Below are positions 48,453-56,317 of a stretch of DNA of 64,000 nt, piece by piece. Under the pieces are notes generated by a model. That model worked only from the letters and a program-made list of their open reading frames with translations, had not been told where the DNA came from and did no database searches. The stretch comes from Candidatus Woesearchaeota archaeon (GTDB lineage Archaea; Nanobdellota; Nanobdellia; Pacearchaeales; GW2011-AR1), in NCBI GenBank assembly GCA_964514585.1, contig CAZETU010000004.1, forward strand, positions 1-64,000, written 5' to 3'. A program made the translations under genes and the position numbers. Numbering within the stretch: position 1 is the first letter of the stretch; each line of letters starts with the position of its first letter.

Positions 48453-49556
48453 CTATTTATTCATATCAAAATATTTAGCCAACTTCGGACCATGTTGACC
48501 CTGATAATGAGAGCCCTTTCCCTTCTCTCCATATAAAACCTCTGGGAGATCTTTCATACGATAAAACTTGAAACTCCCTATCCTTTGTCCATCCGTCAAT
48601 AAAAAAGGCTGGCCAAAATTCCTAACCTCAAGAGTTGCTTGCGCTCTAAAATTAGGATCAAAAAACCCTGCATAATGAACACGAACTTCTCCAGCATCCG
48701 TTTCGATATCAACCATTTCCGAACAAAGATTTGCAGGGATGCTAATAATCTCCTTACTAGAAAGAATATAGAAAGAATTAGAATTAACAATAAGCCCCTT
48801 ACCCAAACCCTTAGATAAATAGACTTTATCAAAATACTCTGAAAAGGGAAGATCTCTTTTAGAAAGATCGACAGGAGGAGCATTTTCCTTAGAAACAAAC
48901 CCAGGAAACCTTTCATCCAAATCTAAAGTTAAAGAAAATATTCCGTTAAAAAGCCCTTTACCTTCACTCAAAAGACATTCAGTATCATTGTTTGACTCAA
49001 ACAATAAACCATAATTTTTATTAATTTTTTTCAAACAATCTTCATCAAGACAACAAGTGTTAGAGTCAAAAAATCTAAGCTGATTAAGACAATCCCCTTT
49101 GCGAACAATAATATCAAAAGACCTAGGATATATTTCAACCCACAACTTCCCACTATAACCATAAGGTATCTTATCAAAAGAAGTTCCATTTTCAGCTATT
49201 AATCTAACATGAACATCAATTCTACCAATAGAACTTTTAGGATTAACTCTCCCAGAAATTCCCGGAGGCAATTTCAAATATTCTTGCAACTCAAAAACAT
49301 AAACACAATTTTTATGCAAAAATCCATTCTTACTCAAATCAACGTCATAAGAAGAATTATTTTTCAAAAACTCTTCAAAATTTCCATTAGAAGAAATAGA
49401 AGAAAAAGGCAAACAATAACCCATCTCACCTAACCTCAAGTCCAAAGAAGAAGGTTGTATTTGATTTTCGTTTACAGCCTCCTTTGAACAAATCAACCCT
49501 CTTTCAATTAATTTCTTAATACCCTTATCGGAATAAACGCCCCCTTCTTCAATCAT
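48453..49556 (-). CDS. dcd: dCTP deaminase, long two-domain form
   Basis: QIQPSSLDLRLG, NPKSSIGRIDV, RVHYAGFFDP, SHYQGQ. Confidence 0.85.
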   Translation of the reverse strand: MIEEGGVYSDKGIKKLIERGLICSKEAVNENQIQPSSLDLRLGEMGYCLPFSSISSNGNFEEFLKNNSSYDVDLSKNGFLHKNCVYVFELQEYLKLPPGISGRVNPKSSIGRIDVHVRLIAENGTSFDKIPYGYSGKLWVEIYPRSFDIIVRKGDCLNQLRFFDSNTCCLDEDCLKKINKNYGLLFESNNDTECLLSEGKGLFNGIFSLTLDLDERFPGFVSKENAPPVDLSKRDLPFSEYFDKVYLSKGLGKGLIVNSNSFYILSSKEIISIPANLCSEMVDIETDAGEVRVHYAGFFDPNFRAQATLEVRNFGQPFLLTDGQRIGSFKFYRMKDLPEVLYGEKGKGSHYQGQHGPKLAKYFDMNK

Positions 49557-49637
49557 ACAAAAAAATGATTAATCCCATTTATATAAATTATTGTGATTAG
49601 TTAAGCTATAAATAAAATTAAAAATTAGCCCACTCTA

Positions 49638-49721
49638 CTAAATATTACTTCCACCGCTACCAAAAGCCCTGTTACCCAGAACACTATCACTAAGCTCGCC
49701 GACAACCGACAACTCAATCAC
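49638..49721 (-). pseudogene. Stranded dUTPase 3'-end remnant
   Basis: Translates VIELSVVGELSDSVLGNRAFGSGGSNI*, matching the intact dut end ETVDELSDSVRGEAAFGSG*SNI*. Confidence 0.8.
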
Positions 49722-49807
49722 TCAAAATCATAACTAACAAAAAATTATTCATCTACATATTGTTACAATAAGGTAAACTATAAATAACAACACTGCCTCA
49801 ACAACTT

Positions 49808-50266
49808 ATGGAACAATACAACTTCCAATACTGCCCAAAAATAATAATATTCTCAAAAGACAAATCAAAAGTACTCTTATGCAAAAGAAAAGGAGAAAAC
49901 GACTACGACGGAACATTTGGGTTCCCGGGAGGAAAAATGGAAACAACCGACAACTCAATCATCGAAGGACTAGCAAGAGAGAAAAACGAAGAACTAAGCC
50001 CATCCTTCAAAATCAAAATCTTAAAAACATTCACAAACAACATCCTATTCAAAAAGAAAAACGGGAAATCCATGATTCTGCCATACTACCTAGCAATACA
50101 TGAAAACGGAGAGGTAAAAATAAATGAAGAATATTCAGAATACAAATGGGTCCAAATAAAAGATTTAGAAGAATTCGGCCCCAGAATGCCAAACATCCCT
50201 GAAGTTACAGAAAAAATGAAAAAACTATTAACAATCTCAAAAGAACACGACTTCGAAATAATCTAA
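49808..50266 (+). CDS. NUDIX hydrolase
   Basis: FPGGKMETTDNSIIEGLAREKNEE Nudix box. Confidence 0.88.
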   Translation: MEQYNFQYCPKIIIFSKDKSKVLLCKRKGENDYDGTFGFPGGKMETTDNSIIEGLAREKNEELSPSFKIKILKTFTNNILFKKKNGKSMILPYYLAIHENGEVKINEEYSEYKWVQIKDLEEFGPRMPNIPEVTEKMKKLLTISKEHDFEII

Positions 50267-50312
50267 ACCCAAAACAATAAACAAAATTAAATAACTCTAA
50301 TTAAATATTACT

Positions 50313-50951
50313 TCAACCACTTCCAAAAGCCGCTTCTCCTCGAACAGAATCTGACAATTCATCTACAGTCTCAATATCCACCATTGCAACCGGCGCAATC
50401 ACAACTTGAGCAACTTGATCTCCAGTTCTAATCACAAAATCCTCATCACTTGTATTCAAGAAAACAACCCCATATTCTCCAGTATAAGTATACTCGATTA
50501 CTCCCCCAAGAATACAAATCCCCCTCTTATATGCCAAACCACTCTTCCCCCGAATCGAAGCGAAATAACCCTCAGGCAATTCCATCGCAATCCCCGTAGA
50601 AATCAACTGTCTTTTTCCAGCCGGCACAACATAATCTTCACAAGAATGCAAATCTAAAGCAGCATCACCAGGATGTCCATAACTAGGAATGATAGCATTC
50701 TCCTTCAATTTTTTAATCTTCACTTTAACCGCCCCCTCGTCAATCAACTCAAACCGCTTAACCCTTCGACCATCCTCAAAAATCTTATCCCCACAAAACT
50801 CATCCAACAACCTAACCCAAGTCACGCCATCACCGTAAAGAGCCTTATACACAACTAACATCTGATCCGTATTATCACAATTCCGCGCAACATCAACAAT
50901 CTCATATTCGCCCCCCTTAAAATGCCGATACCGCTCTCCAACCTCAACCAT
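50313..50951 (-). CDS. dut: DUF1653-dUTPase fusion protein
   Basis: N-terminal YRHFKGGEY...VVYKALYG; trimeric dUTPase motifs AALDL, GKSG, GGVIEYTYTG, AQVVI, RG..AFGSG; start at ATG 50951. Confidence 0.88.
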   Translation of the reverse strand: MVEVGERYRHFKGGEYEIVDVARNCDNTDQMLVVYKALYGDGVTWVRLLDEFCGDKIFEDGRRVKRFELIDEGAVKVKIKKLKENAIIPSYGHPGDAALDLHSCEDYVVPAGKRQLISTGIAMELPEGYFASIRGKSGLAYKRGICILGGVIEYTYTGEYGVVFLNTSDEDFVIRTGDQVAQVVIAPVAMVDIETVDELSDSVRGEAAFGSG

Positions 50952-51007
50952 AAAAAACAAAACAACTAACACTTTATAAAAATTATTACACTCTAATCTC
51001 CACTTCT

Positions 51008-51235
51008 TCAAACCGAACTCTCATCAATCAACTCAAACCGTTTAACCCTCCGTCCATCATCAAAAACTTTATCTCCACAAAACTCATCAAGCGACCTGTC
51101 CCAAGTCCCACCCTCGCCATAAAGCGCCTTATACTTAACTAACATCTGACCTGCATTATCACAATTCGGCGCAACATCAATAATCTCATACTCGCCACCC
51201 TTAAAATGCCGATATCTCTCTCCAGCCTCAACCAT
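51008..51235 (-). CDS. Stand-alone DUF1653 protein
   Basis: MVEAGERYRHFKGGEY..., near-identical to the N-domain of the dut fusion. Confidence 0.8.
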   Translation of the reverse strand: MVEAGERYRHFKGGEYEIIDVAPNCDNAGQMLVKYKALYGEGGTWDRSLDEFCGDKVFDDGRRVKRFELIDESSV

Positions 51236-51269
51236 AAAAAACAAAACCCAAAATACTTTATAAAAATTA

Positions 51270-51971
51270 TTACACCCTGATATCTACTTTCTCAAAATAC
51301 TCAACAGCAACAGCCTTCAATTTCTCCAAATATTCCTCACGCACATCCAATTCCGTCACCAAACTCTTATCTATCATCTCATGCCCAGATTTAAACCCCT
51401 GCAAAAATAAATTCTTAGGCTTGCCCCCACAAACATCATTCAACCACCGACCCATTTCCTCAACAACACTCTCGTCATGAAACTTATTCAAAATCGTCGT
51501 CCTAAACTCGTACTTCCCAAAATCATAAATAATCTTCATCGACTTCTCAACCTTCTCAATATTAACATCAACCCCGACAACATTAGAATAATTCGCCCGA
51601 GAACTCTTAACATCCATCGCAATATAATCAATCAAACCCTCGTCAATCAACTCTTTCAACTTGTCTGGAAACGACCCATTAGTATCAATCTTCACCAAAT
51701 AGCCCATGGCCTTAATCTTCTTCAAAAAACCAACATCCAAAGTCATCAACGGCTCACCACCAGTCACACAAACAGCGTCCAGCTTCCCACGACGCCTCTC
51801 TAAAAATTCCAAAATATAACTCTCAGAAAAAATCTCACTATCACCTCCAAGTACCAACAATGGATTATAACAAAACCCACAACGAAAATTACAACCAAAT
51901 AAAAAAATGGTACACGCAACTTTCCCTGGATAATCAACCAGAGTAGTCCTTTGCAAACCTAAAATTTTCAT
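51270..51971 (-). CDS. nrdG: Anaerobic RNR activating radical SAM enzyme
   Basis: GCNFRCGFCYN (CxxxCxxC), VTGGEP, DTNG; GGAGGTG SD. Confidence 0.92.
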   Translation of the reverse strand: MKILGLQRTTLVDYPGKVACTIFLFGCNFRCGFCYNPLLVLGGDSEIFSESYILEFLERRRGKLDAVCVTGGEPLMTLDVGFLKKIKAMGYLVKIDTNGSFPDKLKELIDEGLIDYIAMDVKSSRANYSNVVGVDVNIEKVEKSMKIIYDFGKYEFRTTILNKFHDESVVEEMGRWLNDVCGGKPKNLFLQGFKSGHEMIDKSLVTELDVREEYLEKLKAVAVEYFEKVDIRV

Positions 51972-51994
51972 AAACACCTCCAAAAAAATTAAAA

Positions 51995-52009
51995 GGGGGG
52001 AAATCCCCC
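51995..52009 (-). terminator. GC hairpin plus U-tract between the small NrdD ORF and nrdG
   Basis: Minus strand GGGGG-ATTT-CCCCC then TTTTAATTTTTTT, then the nrdG SD. Confidence 0.55.
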
Positions 52010-52016
52010 AGGAAAT

Positions 52017-52139
52017 TTAACAATCGGAACAGAACATAGAACGATCCTTAAACTCTTCTAGTTTACCGTCGTTCCATCGAGCAGTCGGTCTCAAATATCC
52101 GCAAACCCTGCTCCAAACTTCACACTTAGTTCTCCCCAT
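52017..52139 (-). CDS. 40-aa stand-alone glycyl-radical segment of class III RNR
   Basis: MGRTKCEVWSRVCGYLRPTARWNDGKLEEFKDRSMFCSDC*; GGAGGTG 6 nt before the ATG; different frame from nrdD. Confidence 0.88.
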   Translation of the reverse strand: MGRTKCEVWSRVCGYLRPTARWNDGKLEEFKDRSMFCSDC

Positions 52140-54360
52140 TGGCATCACCTCCAAAATTTAGTTGAGATTCAAAATTAACACTCGAAACACTAGGGGCCGA
52201 CAAATTGTCCTCAACAACAACATTGGCAACCTTCAAAACAGGAACTTCTGCAACCGGAGCAACGACGACTGGAGCTTCAGCAATAGGGGCTTCAGCAATT
52301 TCCTCAGGTTGTACCTCAGGCAAAACATCTTTAGCAACAGGAGTTGTATGTGCCTCAGCTTCAGCAATATCAGCATCACACTTAGGACAATATTCATGTT
52401 CCCCAGCCAAATAACCATGAATCGGACAAATCGAAAACGTAGGAGTAATTGTAAAATAAGGCAAATGATAATTATTAGAAATCTTTTTAACCATCGTCCT
52501 AACAGCATCCTTACTCAGCTTCTCCCCAACAAAAGTATGAAACACCGTTCCCCCAGTATACTTACATTGCAAGTCATCCTGCAAATCAAGCGCCTCAAAA
52601 ACATCATCAGTATGATTCACTGCCAACTGTGTCGAATTAGTATAATACGGCTTCGCCCCGTCCTGGTACGCCTTTTCATTCGCAACCAAAATTCGGCCAA
52701 ACCTTTTCTTATCAATCCGTGCAAACCTATAAGTCGTACCCTCACCCGGAGTCGCCTCAAGATTGTAAATACTATTAGTCTCTTCCTGATATTCCTCAAG
52801 CTTCTCTCTCATAAAATCCAAAACCTTAATAGAAAAAGCCATCCCCTTCTCCGTCGCAATATCCTCACCAGGCATAAAATTAGTAATCGACTCATTCATA
52901 CCCAAAAGTCCAATCGTCGAAAAATGATTCTTCCAATACTCTCCAAACCGTTGATGAACCTGTCTCAAATAAAACCTAGTATACGGATAAAGCCCCACAT
53001 TAATAAACTGCTCAATCGTCTTCCTCTTAATCTCAAGGCTCTCCTTCGCCAACTCCATCAATCTAGCCAGCCGCGCCATATAGTCATCTTCACTCGTCGA
53101 CACATAACCAAGTCTAGGCATATTAATCGTCACAACCCCAATCGAACCAGTCAAGGGATTAGAACCAAATAAACCACCACCCCTCTTCTTTAGTTGAGTA
53201 TTATCAATACGAAGACGACAACACATACTTCTAGCGTCCTCAGGATTCATATCTGAATTAACAAAATTGGAAAAATAAGGTATACCATACTTCGCCGTCA
53301 TTTCCCAAAGTAAATCGTGGGAAGGATTGTCCCAATCAAAATTTTTCGTAATATTATATGTCGGAATAGGAAAAGTAAAAACCTGCCCCGTCGCATCGCC
53401 CTCAAGCATGCATTCAGCAAACGCCCGATTAATCATTTCCATCTCAACCTCAAAATCCCCATAAGTCTCGCTCTGCGGTTGCCCACCAATAACAACATGT
53501 TCATCCTTCATATAAGACGGAATCTCCAAGTCCATAGTAATATTTGTAAACGGCGTCTGAAACCCAACCCTCGTCGGCACAGCCATATTAAAAATAAACT
53601 CCTGCATCGCCTGCTTCACCTGCTTATAGTCCAACTTATCATAACGAACAAATGGAGCAAGTAAAGTATCAAAATTAGAAAACGCCTGAGCCCCGGCAGT
53701 CTCACCTTGTAAAGTATAAAAGAAGTTCACCATCTGCCCCAAAGCAGTCCTCAAATGCTTAGCAGGCTTACTCTCAACTTTCCCCTTAACGCCCTTAAAC
53801 CCAACCGTCAACAAATCCTTCAAATCCCAACCAACACAATAAGCACCAAGAGTCCCCAAGTCATGAATATGCAAATCACCAGCCTCGTGAACTTTCCGAA
53901 TCGCCTCAGGATAAATCCGCCTCATCCAATAATTCGTAATAATCTTCGTCGCAATATAATTATTCAACCCCTGCAACGAAAACCCCATATTAGAATTCTC
54001 CTTAACCATCCAATCATTCAAACCAATATAATCATCAACTGCCTCAATCGTATCAAACAACCCCTTAACATCCCGTAGCTCCTGTCGGCTCTGTCTATAC
54101 AAAATAAACGATTTAGAAACCTTCGCATGCCCCTCCTCAATTAAAACCTTCTCAACAAGATCCTGAACCTCTTCAACGTCAGGTATACCAAAATCCCCAT
54201 AAGTTTCATCTAACTTTTCACAAACTAAGCCTGCAAGATGCACCGACTTCTCTTTATCTTTCCCGCCAACAGCCTTAACCGCCTTCCAAATAGCGTCGGA
54301 AATTTTATCTTTCTGAAAGAATACAACACACCCATCTCTTTTTCTTATTTTTTTAACCAT
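52126..54360 (-). CDS. nrdD: Class III ribonucleotide reductase catalytic subunit with ATP cone, lacking the Gly-radical loop
   Basis: ATP cone IRKRDG, HIHDL, GAQA, SMCCRLR finger loop, LEATPGEG, CPIH...CPKC; ends in an A/P/E/V-rich tail with no RVxGY. Confidence 0.95.
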   Translation of the reverse strand: MVKKIRKRDGCVVFFQKDKISDAIWKAVKAVGGKDKEKSVHLAGLVCEKLDETYGDFGIPDVEEVQDLVEKVLIEEGHAKVSKSFILYRQSRQELRDVKGLFDTIEAVDDYIGLNDWMVKENSNMGFSLQGLNNYIATKIITNYWMRRIYPEAIRKVHEAGDLHIHDLGTLGAYCVGWDLKDLLTVGFKGVKGKVESKPAKHLRTALGQMVNFFYTLQGETAGAQAFSNFDTLLAPFVRYDKLDYKQVKQAMQEFIFNMAVPTRVGFQTPFTNITMDLEIPSYMKDEHVVIGGQPQSETYGDFEVEMEMINRAFAECMLEGDATGQVFTFPIPTYNITKNFDWDNPSHDLLWEMTAKYGIPYFSNFVNSDMNPEDARSMCCRLRIDNTQLKKRGGGLFGSNPLTGSIGVVTINMPRLGYVSTSEDDYMARLARLMELAKESLEIKRKTIEQFINVGLYPYTRFYLRQVHQRFGEYWKNHFSTIGLLGMNESITNFMPGEDIATEKGMAFSIKVLDFMREKLEEYQEETNSIYNLEATPGEGTTYRFARIDKKRFGRILVANEKAYQDGAKPYYTNSTQLAVNHTDDVFEALDLQDDLQCKYTGGTVFHTFVGEKLSKDAVRTMVKKISNNYHLPYFTITPTFSICPIHGYLAGEHEYCPKCDADIAEAEAHTTPVAKDVLPEVQPEEIAEAPIAEAPVVVAPVAEVPVLKVANVVVEDNLSAPSVSSVNFESQLNFGGDANGEN

Positions 54361-54403
54361 CTATTTTTCCTTATGTATTTATGTTACTCTTTGAGCAACC
54401 ATC

Positions 54404-54847
54404 TTATTTTCCTAATTTAGCAAGCTCATCTTTGAACTCATCAATATCTGCAAAGTCACGGTATACCGCAGCAAATCGAACATACGCAACCTTATCGACT
54501 TTCTTCAGCTTATTCATAACAATCTCCCCGATACGCGTACTCTTAATGTCCTTATCTTTAGCAACCCGATAAACATTCGCCTCAACCTCATCCACAATTC
54601 TTTCTATCTCAGCACTCGTGAATGGCCTCTTCTGAAGATTATTATCAATTCCCTCAAAAAGCTTAGCTCGCGAAAATTTCTGCCTCCGACCGTCCTTTTT
54701 AATAACGTTCAAATCCAACTCCACTCGCTCATACGTAGTAAACCGCTTACCACATTTCAAGCACTCTCGCCGCCTCCGAGTCAAAGATTCACTATCTCTT
54801 TTATCAGTAACTTTCGTTTCAGCAGCACAACAGTATGGACATTGCAT
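54404..54847 (-). CDS. nrdR: NrdR transcriptional repressor
   Basis: MQCPYC...RRRRECLKCGKRFTTYER, VIKKDG ATP cone, VAYVRFAAVYRDF; start at 54847. Confidence 0.95.
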   Translation of the reverse strand: MQCPYCCAAETKVTDKRDSESLTRRRRECLKCGKRFTTYERVELDLNVIKKDGRRQKFSRAKLFEGIDNNLQKRPFTSAEIERIVDEVEANVYRVAKDKDIKSTRIGEIVMNKLKKVDKVAYVRFAAVYRDFADIDEFKDELAKLGK

Positions 54848-54866
54848 TTTTGTTATTTTATAATGA

Positions 54867-54882
54867 ATACAAGATATTGTAT
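54867..54882. promoter_or_regulatory. NrdR box 1
   Basis: ATACAAGATATTGTAT; fits the acaCwAtATaTwGtgt consensus. Confidence 0.8.
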
Positions 54883-54898
54883 CTCGCACCCCTTTTTG

Positions 54899-54914
54899 CC
54901 ACAATAAATTGTGG
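54899..54914. promoter_or_regulatory. NrdR box 2
   Basis: CCACAATAAATTGTGG; starts 32 bp after box 1. Confidence 0.8.
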
Positions 54915-55072
54915 GCGTAAGAGAATATTAACCAAAAGAGTATTTAAAGATTATTGTCCTCCAGCTACTATTTATGTTAACTATAGTAAACATTGTAGAC
55001 TGACAGTTACTTTTTTCAAATGATTACGCATCTTTAAGAACCTCTCACATCAAAACTCCCATAAAGAATTCA

Positions 55073-56317
55073 TTAATAAAAAGAAAACCTTTTACACAAC
55101 TCCCCAACCTCTAACTTAATCTTAGAACAAACAGATTCATCAGACAAATTTTCAATAACATCAGCAATCCAATTCCCAACGATAATCATTTCATTCTCCT
55201 TCATACCCATAGTTGTCAAAATCGGGACACCCAACCTAATTCCAGATGGTTTAAACGGAGTAGATGGATCAAACGGAACAGTGTTGGCGTTAGTCACAAT
55301 TCCCGCTTCCTCCAAAGCAACAGCAACCTCTCGACCCCTGCCCGGCTCACCAATAGCAGAAGTCTTAATCAAATCAATCAAAATCAAATGATTATCGGTC
55401 CCATCACTAACCAACTTAATATTCCTCTTCTTCAAGGTCTCCGCCAAAATAAAACAATTATCAATAATCTGCTGAGAATATTTTTTAAACTCTGGCTTTA
55501 ACGCCTCGCCAAAAGCAATTGCCTTAGCCGCAATCGTATGCTCATGAGGACCGCCCTGCAACCCCGGGAAAACGGCCTTATCAATTGCCTTACCAAATTC
55601 TTCCTTACACATAATTATTGCACTCCTAGGACCTCTCAAAGTCTTATGCGTTGTCGTCGTCACAAAATCAAAATCCGGAAACGGAGTTGGATGAACACCA
55701 CTAGCAACTAAACCAGCAACATGAGAAATATCCGCCAAACAATAAGCTCCAATCTCCTTAGCAATTAAAGCGAAGGCCTTAAAATCAATCTCTCGAGGAT
55801 AAGCCGTCGCCCCACAAACAATCATCTTCGGCCTCTCGCGCAAAGCAATCTCTCTAACCTTCTCCATGTCAACAATTCCAGTTTCCTCCTCAACACCATA
55901 AGAAACAAAATCATAGTCTTTCCCAGAAAAATTCACCTTCGACCCATGAGTCAAATGTCCACCATGCATCAAATCCATTCCAAGAATCTTATCCCCCTTC
56001 TCCAAAACCGCAACATAAACCGCCATATTCGCAGGACTCCCAGAATTCGGCTGCACATTTACATGTTCAGCCCCAAACAATTTCTTCGCCCGCTCAATCG
56101 CCAAATTCTCAACCTTATCAACAAACTCATTCCCTTGATAATACCTCTTCCCAGGATAACCCTCTGCATACTTATTATTAAAAACCGAACCACACGCCGC
56201 CAAAACATCCTTAGAACAAAAATTCTCCGAAGGAATCATATTCAAAGTCGTCTTCTGTCGCTCCAACTCGTCAACAACGATCTCATTCACCTCAGAATCC
56301 AAAATCCAAAAAGTCAT
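55073..56317 (-). CDS. glyA: Serine hydroxymethyltransferase, bacterial type
   Basis: MIPSENF, KYAEGYPGKRYY, GGHLTHG, TTTHKTLRGPR, PGLQGGPH. Confidence 0.96.
   Translation of the reverse strand: MTFWILDSEVNEIVVDELERQKTTLNMIPSENFCSKDVLAACGSVFNNKYAEGYPGKRYYQGNEFVDKVENLAIERAKKLFGAEHVNVQPNSGSPANMAVYVAVLEKGDKILGMDLMHGGHLTHGSKVNFSGKDYDFVSYGVEEETGIVDMEKVREIALRERPKMIVCGATAYPREIDFKAFALIAKEIGAYCLADISHVAGLVASGVHPTPFPDFDFVTTTTHKTLRGPRSAIIMCKEEFGKAIDKAVFPGLQGGPHEHTIAAKAIAFGEALKPEFKKYSQQIIDNCFILAETLKKRNIKLVSDGTDNHLILIDLIKTSAIGEPGRGREVAVALEEAGIVTNANTVPFDPSTPFKPSGIRLGVPILTTMGMKENEMIIVGNWIADVIENLSDESVCSKIKLEVGELCKRFSFY

Noticed and set aside
52126-52145. Programmed frameshift joining nrdD to the radical segment
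   Set aside because: No obvious slippery run at the overlap, and the small ORF has a strong, well-spaced SD; a separate gene is simpler, though not proven.
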